From Camelus dromedarius (taxonomy: Eukaryota), in assembly GCF_036321535.1 (NCBI RefSeq), contig NC_087467.1:19034001-19098000 (forward strand): a DNA stretch of 64,000 nt, given 5' to 3'. Both the position numbers and the translations under genes were made by a program. The first letter of the stretch is position 1. The number at the start of each line of letters is the position of its first letter. The notes beneath the pieces were generated by a model, which did not search any database, was not told where the DNA came from, and saw only the letters and a program-made list of their open reading frames with translations. Shown piece by piece: positions 23,607 through 36,580 of this stretch.

Positions 23607-25216
23607 ATCCCCTGAAATTGTAGTTCTGTAGCAAACCCCAAAGTCCATGGACACATTTACAACAACAAAACTAAGAGGTATGATGTCCCTACCGATCCCA
23701 AAATACAAGCAGATGGCGACACATCACCAATAGGCAGACATGTGTTATCGGCGCACCTGTGTGAACGGCGTCTGCACCTAAAAAGAGCAGAGGGGGTCAG
23801 AGAGGTTCCTGAAGGGTCTGAGAAAAAGAGAACCCCAAAATAGCTGCAGTGTTTAACTGCAAAGTGTGGAAGGATCATCTGAGAACCACTGAAATGGGGA
23901 CCAGGGCTACCTTTCCTAATAAAAGGTGAAGGCAGGCCTCCCTGCCCCACCACACCCAATTCCCCCTACCCTACCCACCCCGGGCCTGGGAGGCTGCAGT
24001 GGTCCAGCTTGTTGTGAATTCACAAAACCAACCCATACAGGCTCCCTTGCAGGACAAGATTCTACACCAAAGAGAAACTGTTGGGAGTGAAAGCAAAATT
24101 TAGCAGGATAAACAAAATACAAAGGAGAAGGATTCTGCATGTAAAATGAGGAAGGCAGAGGAGGCTAGGATATTTCAGAGAGCAAGCTCCTTGAGTTAAC
24201 ACTACACAAAAATACTGAGACAGGGAGAGAGGTAGTTCTCTGTAGTCGCAAAAGTTCTCTGAACCCAGTCTCCCAAATATTTAGGGAAACTAAATTTACA
24301 TAAAAATAAGCAACAGAATAGTTTCAGGTTCTACACCATCCAAAGTTGCTCTAAGAACAAAGAAAAGACTGAATAATGTGGTTCTTAGAAATCGTGAAAT
24401 CCATGCTTAAGGGGAAAAAATCAAACTGTAAGCCCTGTTTCAATACAAGCTAATAAAGATTAAGGGAAAAAGGCCAGTTTGAAGATTAATTCCAATTCAA
24501 GGACTATTTGCTGATCAATCATTAAGTGCAGTCACTATTAGTTCACAGGGGAGGGAAGATAAACACGGTAAAAATCCTGGCTTCTAAGATCTTACAGACC
24601 AGCAAAGAAGGAAACTCAAATTCGCTCAAGCATGAAAATTCTTTTAAATAAATGAAAACAGACACAAATGAGCATTCAGTTAAAATTACCCTTTCAGTTA
24701 AAAGCCACCACTGACCAAATTCCCAATCATTCTGTAGATTTTACTTTGGAGAATTTGAAAATATTTTTGAGTTTACTATATTCTAGCAAGTTTCAAATCA
24801 AAACAGATATATAAAGTGCTGGTCAAATTGAGTACTTTATTCTGGGGAAAAAAATACTAAGAGTGTACATTTTGAATGATAGTCTTCAGTCCACTGTGAC
24901 TAAGTTACGGTAGAAAAGGCGCGTTTTCAGGCATTTTAGGCCATCACTCGCGTGGGTAGAAGAGGCCAGATGCCCTCGTGATTAAGGAAACAGGGAAGCG
25001 AGGTGTTGAGAGCCAAGGGGAGGAGGGAGCGCAGCAGCAGATGGCTGACCTCTTTTCCTGCTTTGGCTCTGCAACTTTTCCTCCCATTTTTCCTAACAGG
25101 GAGGCACTCCACACTGGGTCCGATTCCCTATCTTTCCATACCTGGCCACAACTGCAAGGTCTGACCTGTAGATGGCACTGCTCTCAACACTGGGACCTGC
25201 CCTGCTCCGTGGGGAC

Positions 25217-25675
25217 AGGGCATTTATTGCCATTTGCAGATACATGGATGGACCTGGAGACTTTCATACTAAGTGAAGTAAGCCAGACAGAGAAAGTCAA
25301 ATAGAAAAATGCCATGCGATATCACTCGTATGTGGAATCTAAAAAAGTGACAGAAACGAACTTATTTACAAAACTGAAACAGACTGACATAGAAAACAAA
25401 CTTACGGTTACCAAGGGGGGAAGGGGGTGGGGGAGGGATAAACTAGGAGTTTGGGATTTGCAGATAGTAACTACAATATATAAAATAGATAAACAACAAG
25501 TTCATACTGTAGAGCACAGTAACCTATAACGAAGTACCTTTTAGTAACCTATAATGAGAAAGAATACAAAAAAGAATAACATAGAAATGCATGTGCATAT
25601 AACTGAATCACCACCTGTACACCAGAGACTAGCACAGCACTATAAATCAACTATACTTCAATAAAATAAAACAAA
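25217..25675 (+). mobile_element. Young L1 3' end
   Basis: PFADTWMDLETFILSEVSQTEK, 3'UTR, caactatacttcaataaaataaaa tail. Confidence 0.93.
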
Positions 25676-26191
25676 GAGCTTCAGTTCACTCCTCAGTTAA
25701 TCCATACCAAATCATCTTTTTCTGATCATTTCAGTCTGATCAAGTGCCTTCAGCCCCTTAACTAGACAATTTCCTTTCCCAGCACCAAGCTCCCATTTCC
25801 CATTCCACACTGGGTAAGTCGGGTCTGTCTGCTCCCTGTGAGAGTGAGCTTGCCTGGAGTGGAAGACCCTCCGGTGCAGAGGCCTTCTCTTCTATCGGTC
25901 ACTCCAAAGAACTCTGGCCCAGCCCTATTTCTAGATGCTGCCACACTTTTTAAAAAGTTGTTTGCTCCATGATTCTCATGAGCTTGGCTCCAGTCACCAG
26001 TGGCAGTGCTCTGTTATCTGCTGTTGGACCTCCCTGACCTGTGGCCGTACTTCTGGGATACCGTGCTAACCTGTCTGGTTGGGCATTTTTTGCCATTACG
26101 TATGGACCGCCCTCCAGCACTCTCTCCATCTTAGGGAATATGATGGATTGTGTGGTCTTACCTGTTGTCATCTGCCTTAAGGTGATGGAGT

Positions 26192-26697
26192 TGTGCGACA
26201 GAAGAACAAACCTGACTCCGTATTAGATCTGTTCCTTTGACTCTAAACCTGTGCTCTGTTTCCGGTGTTCAGTCTTGCTGGTTCTGCACCTTTTGTAAAA
26301 GAATATTGCCTATAGCCTAAAATATACAGGAGAGCCTATTCTCAAGACTCTGACCTTTGAGGATATAACAGTTTCCCATTCATATAAAGATAAAAAGTTG
26401 CAGAACAGAAAATAATATTGGTTTGTTGGAGATTAACAGGGACACCATAACCTGACCTACGTGGACAGCTGCAAGAACAAAGGATCTGGCACCAAGAAGT
26501 TTGCAACAACCATCCACATCCCCTCCCCTTTTTAGTATAAAAGGAGCCTGAATTCTGACTTGGGTAAGATGGTTCTTCAGGACATTAGTCTCAGTTTGCT
26601 GGCTTTTCAAATAAAGTTGTTATTCCTTGCCCCAACACCTCATCTCCCAAGTTACTGGCCTGTCATAGGGCGAGCAGTATGAGTTTGGACTAGTAAC
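26192..26697 (+). mobile_element. ERV1-type solo LTR
   Basis: Starts near tgtgcgacagaagaacaaacctgactcc; TATA-like ttttagtataaaagg; aataaa; ends gagtttggactagtaaca. Confidence 0.8.
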
Positions 26698-26699
26698 AA

Positions 26700-27090
26700 A
26701 GTGAACATTTCGAAGTCACAGCATATCAGGAATTATCCTTGATTTCTCTCTCACACCCCCCTATCCAAGCCACCTCTAAGTTCCGTCAATCTTCAAGGCA
26801 TGTACCACGTGCTGCCATCTTCACCTCCCACAGCTGCTATCCTAGCTACAATGACCATCATCTCACCTGGACAACCGTAATAGGTACTGGCCTTTCCTTT
26901 GACTCTTATAGCCCAGTCTCCATGGAGGAGGCTGAGTGCTGACTTTACCAAATATGACTATGTCATCTCTTTCCTCAGGATCTCCCAGAAGCTTTGATCA
27001 CATCATAATAGAGTCCAGAATCTTCACCATGGCCTAGGAGGCTCTCCGTGATCTGGTCCCTTTATTTCTGTCTAGAAGGAGTCCTACTTC
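26700..27090 (+). mobile_element. L2 relic
   Basis: ccatcatctcacctggacaaccgtaatagg..., agagtccagaatcttcaccatggcctaggaggctctccgtgatctgg. Confidence 0.65.
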
Positions 27091-27094
27091 AAAA

Positions 27095-27304
27095 NNNNNN
27101 NNNNNNNNNNNNNNNNNNNNNNNNNNNNNNNNNNNNNNNNNNNNNNNNNNNNNNNNNNNNNNNNNNNNNNNNNNNNNNNNNNNNNNNNNNNNNNNNNNNN
27201 NNNNNNNNNNNNNNNNNNNNNNNNNNNNNNNNNNNNNNNNNNNNNNNNNNNNNNNNNNNNNNNNNNNNNNNNNNNNNNNNNNNNNNNNNNNNNNNNNNNN
27301 NNNN
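27095..27304. other. Assembly gap (210 N)
   Basis: Direct reading. Confidence 1.
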
Positions 27305-27650
27305 CATTCTAAGTGAAGTAAGCCAGAAAGAGAAAGAAAAATACCATATGAGATCGCTCATATGTGGAATCCAAACAAACAAACAAAAAGAACATAAATA
27401 CAAAACAGAAACAGATTCATAGACATAGAGTACAAACTTGTGGTTGCCAAGGGGGCAGGGGGTGGGAAGGGACAGACTGGGATTTCAAAATTAGTAGATA
27501 CTGACAGGCATGTGTAGAATAGATAAATAAGATTATACTGTATAGCACAGGGAAATATATACAAGATCTTGTGGTAGCTCACAGGGAAAAAAAAATATGA
27601 CAAATATATTTTGTTCATGTATAACTGAAAATAAATAAATAAATAATCTT
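27305..27650 (+). mobile_element. Young L1 3' end abutting the gap
   Basis: cattctaagtgaagtaagccagaaagagaaagaaaaataccatatg... ILSEVSQKEKEKYHM, 3'UTR and A-rich tail. Confidence 0.93.
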
Positions 27651-27989
27651 TAAAGCAAACAAACAAAGAATCAGTGTAATCCTTCTTTTAACAGTGGAAT
27701 CTCCTTCAGTTTCTTCCTCCTTTTTACCATCCTCCGTTGCCTCAAATAGTTGCTTTTGATATTTCATTTAGATTTTCGAGTTGTTATTTGCTTGGTCAGG
27801 TTGATAAAATCAACTCTGACGTCCTAGAAGCAGCTCACCTAATAACTGTTAAGTGCTCTATTTTGATTTTCCCAGTCTGTCCAGAGCCATCCCATTTTTA
27901 AGAGGATGGTTTCCACAACCGCATTCATTGTATACTCTCTGTATCTTTAAGGAGGCCCCTCTCAATAAATTTTCATATCTGCTGTGTTT

Positions 27990-28500
27990 CTGGAGTCATT
28001 TTTCCATCAAAATCCTAATTGTGGCCTGAAGATTTCACAATATCCGGACCTCATCACTATTTTTAAACTCATCCTCTGTTACTTGCCCCTTGCTTTTGCT
28101 CTGCCTCAGCCAAACTGGCTCCTCATAATACACCCAACATGATGGCATCTTCCTCCCACAAGACTTTTGAACTTGGCAGTCCACCTGCCTGAGACAATCT
28201 TCCACCAGTTATCCACGTGTCTCTATTACTCACTTTCTTTCGGTCTTGCCTCAATGTCACCTTCCCAGGGAGGCTTCTCTCACCTCCTCTTTAAACCACA
28301 ACCCCAACAGTCCCTGTTTCTTTCTTCCCCCTTACCATGAATTGCCGTCAGACATAGTTCATGTTATACTGACTTGCCTTCTCTGTTTTCCCACTAGAAT
28401 GTAAATTCACTAAAGGCAGGGATTTTTGCCCATTCTGCCCACTGCTTTTCCCCAGTCTGGTTTTCTCCTGGCAGAGTATTTATTAAGTGAATGAATCAAT
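27990..28500 (+). mobile_element. L2 3' end
   Basis: cccactagaatgtaaattcactaaaggcagggatttttgccc...aagtgaatgaatcaat. Confidence 0.7.
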
Positions 28501-28581
28501 GGAGTATACTTCAGGTGATTCTAAGTTACTGCATCTCTTTCTCTGTTAGATTTTTTTGTGATTCGGCCACTGATCTGGAAT

Positions 28582-28913
28582 TGAGACAGGAAGGGGGCAG
28601 GGCACAGCCATTCAAGGAATGCTACAGCAATTAACATCAAAATGGTGAAAGATTCAACCCCCAGGAGGCCTTGAGGCTCAAGATGATGGCAGATTTGACT
28701 TCTAGCAAATCTTGAGCTTCATTATACACTCACTGTAATACATTAACATGGTAAATAACACCCACAGGCACCACCGCAGTCCCAAGGCTAGCCACAAAAG
28801 GTCAAAGGGTGGGAAATGGCCAACTCCCTGGGAATCCAGCCCCTTCCCCAGACTAGTTAGACTGGTCCTTCCACTTACTAGCATATGAAGCCACTGAGCC
28901 CATAAAAACTGGC

Positions 28914-28949
<36 letters not shown>

Positions 28950-29237
28950 GCCTCTCCGCCGCAGCCCCCTCTCTCTCCCTCTTCAGAGACAGCCCACTCT
29001 GTCTATGGAGTATGTACCTACTTTTAATCTAAGCACCCAACCCCCACACCTCATGGCCTTTCTCTTGCCTTTCAATGTATCTCTCTGAATAAATCTACCT
29101 TCACTCAACTGTGGCTCGCTCTTGGATTCTTTCCTGCGCGAAGCCAAGGACCCACACTTGGCGGGCACATCCCAGGGGCTCAACCGCAGCCTGGCACACG
29201 GCCCTCCTCACGCCCCACATCCGTTTCTCCTGCATCA
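28582..29237 (+). mobile_element. ERV1-type solo LTR
   Basis: TG...CA ends (tgagacagg...ctcctgcatca); cataaaaa TATA-like box; gaataaatctacc polyA; ttctttcctgcgcgaagccaaggaccc U5 motif. Confidence 0.85.
28915..28947 (+). repeat. (AC)16 microsatellite inside the LTR
   Basis: Direct reading. Confidence 0.95.
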
Positions 29238-29589
29238 GTAACCCCCATCTCCCTCTTTTCTAGTACTTTTATAAGTAGTCATGATCAAGATCATCTCTTT
29301 ATAGAGGTCTCGTAGAGTTCAAGTCTCTCACAAAATAAGTAGCTCTTGAGTTTCACTTCCTGATACTTCCTCTGTCTGTCATCAGCTCTTTGCAAAACAT
29401 TTTGTTCTTGTACTCTTTCTGTGGTAAGTTAAAGTAAGCATTCACGAAGTAGGACCAGATCAGATCAAAGTGAAATGCAAACTGAGATCAACTTTGGGGA
29501 CAACAAACAGAAGCAGAAGGTTAAAATGTACTCACCTAAAAATGTGGCAGTTAAAAGTTCTGTTTTAAAAACCAAAACCTTTGCATGCA

Positions 29590-29790
29590 TATCCCAACTC
29601 TACTACCTAAGAGCTCTATGACTTTGGGAAGTTAATTATGCCCTTTGGGCCTCAGTTTCCTCATCTACAAAATGGAGATAATAACTGTAATGAGATCTAC
29701 GTCACGGGGCCGTCATCTGGCTTGGATGCGTGTAAAGTACCGAGAAGGGTGTCAGGCACGCGGTGAGCACCAAGTGCACTACCGCTCTGC
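29590..29790 (+). mobile_element. MIR
   Basis: tgactttgggaagttaattatgccctttgggcctcagtttcctcatctacaaaatggagataata. Confidence 0.85.
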
Positions 29791-31309
29791 CTGGGGCCTC
29801 AGGAAAGAGCGGGGCAGTAGGTTTGTAAAGGGAGCCCTTTCTGGAAAATTAAATTGAAGCCGAGAGAAGCAAATAAAGCCTTAAAGATCAGATGTACAGG
29901 AGAAATTGGTGAACCATTTTAAGGGGATCACAGGACCTACAGGCAGGAAAAGAGTAAAGCAGGGATAGGAAGCAGCAGTCTACACAGGGTGACACAGTTG
30001 ACGCTCCCAATCCAAAAGGCTCCCCACATCTGAAAGATGTCCCCAGCTCACCTGGAAACCGTCACATCCGTACTTACAACCCGACAGCAAACAATTTTTG
30101 AGGAAACAAACAGAAGAAGTGGCAACTTGAAAGGAAGGTTATACAAAGCGGAAGGTGTATGGCAGATGAGTCGAGGGCAAAGGGGTGCTAATGGTTATCT
30201 GAATGCAAGAGGCGGTAGAACAAAAGTTGCATGAGAAAACCGGCGAGGTCAACCAGAGGTCAAAGAAGCAGAACCAGCCTGGGAAGCTTAAGGCAGGATT
30301 AGAAACACAAATTATTTGAGAAAGAGAATTTAAAAAGAGCAGCTTTATTTTATGGATTACGGCAGCTCCTGGGAAACAGGTAAATTTAGTTTTTGATCTC
30401 AATCTGCAACTCCTCTGCCCCTCTCCTTCATCTGCAAGATCTTCACACTGTCCTACTTCTCTACAGAGCACCCCGCTGACACCCAGAAAGAATTCCATGA
30501 AGGCTCTCTTCCCCTCCGTCCCAGCTCTGACACGGGGCCACGATCCCAGCTGGGTAACAGGAGGGCAGTGGCCAGTGAGTGAACATGCACTCCGTGAGCC
30601 AAGTGCTTCTAACCTCTAGTGCTAGTGCTTCACGGTGACCTTGAATTATGCCAATTTATGCAACATAGGATCAAAAGAAAAAAAAAATTAGGTCTTCCTG
30701 AGTGAGACTGACAGGCTCTCAAGTAAGGCCACAGAGAGCCTATATGATAAAACCAGCCAAACACCAAGACGAAACCAAGAATTCTGATCTCTAAATATGA
30801 CTCTTAAGGCAGCTTGTGTTAGAAATGCACTTTCTCTGAGCTTCTGACTTGCTCGTTGTAGAGCTATTATCCAAACGGCAGTTGTCATCACAGACTTGGG
30901 TATGCAGTGTTTTCCTAGGAGATACCTACGAGGTTTCTAATGGGATCTCTCTCTGTTTTTAGGTTACTGAGTATTTCCTGAATAGACAGTTTCATTTAAA
31001 AATTTGGGTTTAGTAACAATGTATAAGGCATTACTACCCTCCACCATCTTTCAGTGTATAGAGATGAGGCTTTGACAAAATACCCCAGTCACACAGCTCT
31101 TAATTTCCGGGACCAGACTTTGCAGGTATCTGGATTTCTGTCCGGGGCACTGTCTGCTGTTGGAACACAACTCTCTCGGTCTCCCAAGGGATTCCGAGCA
31201 GGACCCTGTGCCCACCACCCCCTGCCAACCCCTGCCTCTTGTTTAGAGAGGAGCTGAAGTGTCCTGGGCACCCCTGAGTCATAAAGGAGCAGGCTCAAGC
31301 AGTTAACGA

Positions 31310-31970
31310 TTGGGACAGTGGAGTCACAGACTCACTGTCAGACGTACACTCCTGAGCTGTTTTACAGGTAACTGCATGATGGCCAGATCACTTCCCGAGG
31401 CTCCCCTTCAGTAATCTCAAGACTGAGGCTGCTGCCCCCAGGATCATTCCCTTGCCCCTCCCTTGAATAGAAACCAATGACTATCTCAGTCTCAGGAGAC
31501 AGCTGCAAAGAGAACAAACACAAACAAACCAACGAAGCCCAAGATGGTGGAGGATTTGACTTCCGGTGGGCCTTGAGTCTCATCACACGCTCACTGTAAT
31601 GCATCAGCATGTTACATGACACACCCACCAGTGCCAGGACAGTTGATGACTGCCATGACAATAACCAAAAAAGCCCATAAAAGGATGGAAGAGAAGGCAA
31701 TTGGCTCCAGCACACCCGGAAGGAGGACATGAGGGCAGATGCTTCCAATAAAAGTCCACGTGGCCTGACCAGGGGCTGGAGCTGTCCTGACTGGCCATCT
31801 TGGGTGATAACCACCCACTCAAGCGCTTTCTTCTCTTCTCCTCTTTTGAGACGTAAAGCAGCTTTTCACTCTGTCGCTCTGCCTCTGCTGTGAACTCTTT
31901 CACAGCCAATGGCTAGAACCCACACTTTGGTGGGCTTCCTAATCTAGGGGGTGCTCTCTGTCTGCTAACA
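31310..31970 (+). mobile_element. ERV1-type LTR related to the 28582 copy (5' boundary uncertain)
   Basis: Shared core cccaagatggtggaggatttgacttcc...ccttgagtctcatcacacgctcactgtaat; ends gctctctgtctgctaaca. Confidence 0.75.
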
Positions 31971-32878
31971 CCAGGACTCTGGATGTTCCCAAGTCATCCT
32001 TTCTCGCCATGTCAGGTTGACAGACTTGATTCACACCAGGATGCCCTCTCATTACAAACGCCAACTACCTGTCAGGAGGAGGAACTGGATTAGGAAACCT
32101 CAGATCTTCTCTACGTCTCCTCAAAAACAGCCTCAAGGACACTGTTTCATTACCGTTTCCCCCAAGCAGCTTGCACCTGACCTCAGCACCAGCTCTCACT
32201 CTCCCCAACGTATGCTTTTTCCTTCAAACTCAGGTCACATCATTTCTGCTCCATAAACAGAGGTTTTGTCCTGATAAAACTTAACCGTTTCACGTAAGTA
32301 TGCCTGGAAACTACCCCTGTTCCATAACATCTGGCACACACATCTGCCTGAAATTTTGCTTCTAGAAATTAGAGTGCATCATGGCTCCTCTTCCTTGAAT
32401 TCTGACTTTCTGACACATCTGCAAATTATTAAGGAAACCAGGGATGTAACTCTTCGAGTGGCTAGTGTGACAGAGTTTGAGACATTCCTGGCTTGTACGT
32501 ATTTGTTTCACTCCAGTCCTCTTTGGAGAATAATTTCCATCGTTAAAGTTCTTGACAATTAATTACCTAGAAGACAAAGTTTTTGGAGCATCTTCAACAA
32601 TCTTCGAGCTCACTTTCAGGACCAGAGGCAGAAATATTGGGTCTTATCTGGAGAAGAGATGAGATACCCTACTTACTCTTTGTGACATTCAGACACTTAC
32701 GCTACGACCCAGAGAATTTCCCCCTTGCCTGTCTGCTCAGCCACAGCCTTTGAGCAGATGAAAGTCAAGTTCTGACTTCCTCGGTTTTAGACATGATGTC
32801 CAGGCTCTTAAGAGGCTCTGCTAAAACAGAAGAGAAAACTCTCTCATGATTGAAATCATTCCACCACCTAAAAGAACA

Positions 32879-32905
32879 CACCACCACCACCACCACCACC
32901 ACCAC
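32879..32905 (+). repeat. (CAC)9 microsatellite
   Basis: Direct reading. Confidence 0.95.
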
Positions 32906-33034
32906 AAGGGTTCTTTAAAACTTGCTCTGTTGAAGAACAGTCTGTGCAGTTGTAATAAGATGAAGGTCAAAGGGTGGGAAAGTCAGAGGAGTTGGGAGTT
33001 TGGGGCAGCTGACATAAAAGCTGTAATATCTTTG

Positions 33035-33345
33035 TTTTTTATTTTTTATTTTTTTAATTGAAGTAGAGTCAATGTACAATGTTGTGTTAGTTTCTGGCGT
33101 TCAGCACACTGGTTCAGTTATACATATATTATTACATATATTCCTTTTCAGATTCTTTTTCATTATAGGCTATTACAAGATACTGAATACAGTTCCCTGT
33201 GTTGTACAGTAGGACCTTATTGTTTGTCTATTACATATATAGTAGTTAGTATCTGCAAATCCCAAACTCCCAACTTAACTCTCCCCATCCCTTTTCCCCT
33301 CTGGTAACCATAAGTTTGTTTTCTATGTCTCAGAGTCTGTTTCTG
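33035..33345 (-). mobile_element. 5'-truncated L1 3' end
   Basis: T-tail and 3'UTR; 19-bp TSD aaaagctgtaatatctttg / aaaagctgtaatgtctttg. Confidence 0.95.
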
Positions 33346-34179
33346 AAAAGCTGTAATGTCTTTGGACGAGTTTATTTGGCTCTAACCTTTCCTGTCAGTA
33401 ACTTCCAATTGAACACGCCCTCTGAGTCCTGTAATGACTAGCTCCCAGCCCAGCCCAAGCACTGCTTCTTAGAAAGCAGTTCTCTCTGCTCTTCAACATG
33501 TCGGCGAACTTTCTTAATGAGATGCCCAGCCTCGTGGCACACCTTAAACGGTCCGCATGCCAATCATCCTCTTTGGTTCCCGGCGCCCAGACCCTAGCAG
33601 GCTGAGCACTCTGATGACTGTGACCGTTCTAAGAGGCTAACTAGCACACTAGACTGATGGCAACCCTGCCTTTCCTACGCAGTCACCATGCAGTGTGTGC
33701 TCCAGAAATTTCTTTCCAGCAATGTTACAGGCTGTTCTTTTTCACTCTGAGAAGTGAAAACAAAACAGGAACTAAAATCGGGAGTGTGCAAAGCCATCTG
33801 GGTCAGATGTGGCACAAACAAGATGGCCTGGAAGCTTCTCCCATCCTTTCTCAGCTGGCAGGGCTGAGAAAACAAACTCTGTCCAAGTGGAGAGAGGTGA
33901 GAAGGGTGACTCTATCCTGTAATTTCTCTGTCAAAAAGCCCTCACCTAAACACACCTAAAAGCACTCAGCGCTCCCCTGAGCGTCCTACTTTTGCACCGT
34001 GTCACTGGGAAAGTCACAGCACAACTTCTCTGGTGTCTTTCTAAGAGCTGCTTTAGAAGAATCCTCCAAACAAGTCCCTGTGTCTTTTTCCTCTTTAGTA
34101 ACTAGGAACCCGGGCATTCACTAGCACAAGATTTCACTTCTGGGCTCCTGAAGCCAACTTGGCATTATGGGAAAAACAG

Positions 34180-34400
34180 AATTTCAAAGGATATGATCTG
34201 GGTTCAAATCCCTGATTAGCTGCTTCTAGCTACGTGCCCTTAGGCAAGTTACCTGCTCCACCTATGTTTAAGTTCCTTCACCTGCAAAATGGGCACACTG
34301 CTGCTAATGCCTGCCTTCCCGCCCCACAAGAGCAATCAAATAAAGCATGTGGACATATCCTACACTATCAGCTACGCCATAGATGAGTTGAGCCCTATTA
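34180..34400 (+). mobile_element. MIR
   Basis: ctgggttcaaatccctgattagctgcttctagctacgtgcccttaggcaagttacc...cacctgcaaaatggg. Confidence 0.8.
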
Positions 34401-34849
34401 TTTTAAATAGAACGGTTTTATTTTTCTTATTGTAAAATGATACATGCTAATTCTACAACCTTTCAGAAAAGAAAAAAAAAAACCCCAGAAAAACAGAGAA
34501 AAGAGTGAAAATGTCTCTGTTTCCAAAGAGATAACCACAATTACACTTTGATACTCTTCCCCCTAGGCAGTCTTTGAGCATACACTCCCATTTTACAAAA
34601 TGGGCACCCTACTATACTAATTATCTATAAACATCCAATTTTTATTTAATGCCATGTGAAACAATGTGAGTTATTATTACTTTTACTACAAAAATGAAAG
34701 TAACAGAAATGAAAATTGAAGATAGTACAAATATAGCTAGCATATGGCACTTCTCCACTGTGTCAAAGTGAATTATTCATAAGCATTTGTCAGAAATATC
34801 CAAGGTTACTGAGCTATTCTGGAACAACGGGGTATAAATTCTGAGGCTG

Positions 34850-35210
34850 AGAGTGCTACATGTTCAATAAAACCTGTTTCCTTTTCCTCCCGGGCACATT
34901 GCAAAGCTCTATTTGCATTTAGATGTGGTCATGTGACTGACCACATCTGCGTTCTAGCCAACAGAACATGAGTGGAAAGGGTATGTGTCAATTCCAGATG
35001 AGAGTGGTTAGGAAGAGGGTGTGTCTTCCCTGTGGAATCTCTTGTTCTATCCCAGCTGAATCAAACATACCTCTAAGCCTGAGTCCTGGAATGACCAAGC
35101 GGTAGCTCACCTGCTAAGCACACACTGGACTTGACATGAACGAGAAATAAACTTATACTAAGCTACTGAATCGGATAAGTTTATATTACAGCAGCTAGCT
35201 TTATCTACCC
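34850..35210 (+). mobile_element. MLT1 (MLT1I/J-like) LTR
   Basis: ggtcatgtgactga...ttctagccaacagaacatgagtgg...gaacgagaaataaactt...attacagcagc. Confidence 0.7.
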
Positions 35211-36139
35211 CAATCAGTGAAACTTCTCACTTATTTTCAAGTTACAAGTACACACTGAAACGTGGACTAGATCTAGAACGTTCCTTAAATGAAGGCAAAG
35301 CTGACATTCATTGAGTTTTCATTTCAAAAGTGCAAAGAAAGAATTACCTCTTCTCACTCACTCAGTACAAGTAAATCTCCACCTACTCCCTAATTTAAAA
35401 TTCCTAAATTGCTGTCCCCCAGGTCCTTCTTCCTTTATATAAAATTATGACTTAAAATCCAAATATCCCTGAGAGAGAAAACACAATCATTTTACTAAAT
35501 GCCCTAAACTATACTAAGGATGGTGTTAGAGTTTGTGCAAAGAGGTATAAGAGACTCCCTACCCTCAAAGAACAAATTATACTATCACAAAGGCAATGAA
35601 ACTAACATGGATTTAATTACATGAATACCAAACCATATACATTTGCTAGAATATAGGTTCCCTGGAAGTGAGGACTTGGTCTTTATCTGGCATCTTAAAA
35701 GGATCCAGCACATAATAGGCTTTCAACAGAATTTGCTGAAAGACTACTGAATTAAATGATTAGAGAACGAATGATCAAACTGTACATCACTCTGAACTAG
35801 AAGAGTCAGGGAAAGCTTAGTGAAGAAAATGGGACTTGGGTTGTGTCCCCTAAAGTTTTCAGAAGAGAAATGTAAGAAATAATTATATGTCTTCAGCCCA
35901 CTGGGGCAAACAGGGCTTTTTGCTGCCAAAGTGACAGTTATCAGGTTATCAACTATTACCTGGGCTCCGGTCAGTGGAGCATTACAGCCCCTGGCTGGGC
36001 AGCCCTGCCCTAAGGATGTGTAGTTCACAGTCGAGGAAGAGGAGAAGCAGACATAGAGTGAGGACTCAGCTTGGACAAAGTCTCTATTGCACCGTGAGTG
36101 TGGACAGTGTTGGGAAACACATTTGCATGGGTGCAATGG

Positions 36140-36580
36140 AGCAAGATTTGGGAGAACTTTAACACCTTTATTGAGGTATAATTTGCAACTAGAAAACACA
36201 CCCATGTGAAGTGCAGAGTTTGGTTTTAGTTTGTTTATACGGTCGTGCGAGCATTCCCACATCTAGTTTTATGACTCTTCCATCACCCAGCAGTTTCCCA
36301 TGTGCCTGTTTTCACTCAGTCTCAGATTTTCACCCCCCAGGCAACCAAGACAGCTCTTTTCTATCTCTGTCCTTTGGCCTTCTCTGGATATTTTACATAA
36401 ACAGAATCACATCATATACTATATTTTTCTGTGACTGCTTTTACCAAATCACATAACATGTTTTAGGTTTCCCAAGTTGTTGTACAGGTCAGTTTCCTTC
36501 CTTTCTATCACTGAGTGCTGTTCCACTGTACACATACACTGTGTTCCGTTTATTAGGTCCCAGTTGGTGATTGGCTTATT
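36140..36580 (-). mobile_element. Old L1M 3' end
   Basis: tttattgaggtataatttgcaact...acagaatcacatcatatact...ccactgtacacatacac. Confidence 0.75.

Noticed and set aside
32846-33061. ORF with a nine-histidine run
   Set aside because: The run is a (CAC)9 microsatellite, the ORF ends in an L1 T-tail, and there is no splice support
35744-36262. 172-aa minus-strand ORF
   Set aside because: Starts inside an old L1 fragment, has low-information composition and no supporting splice sites
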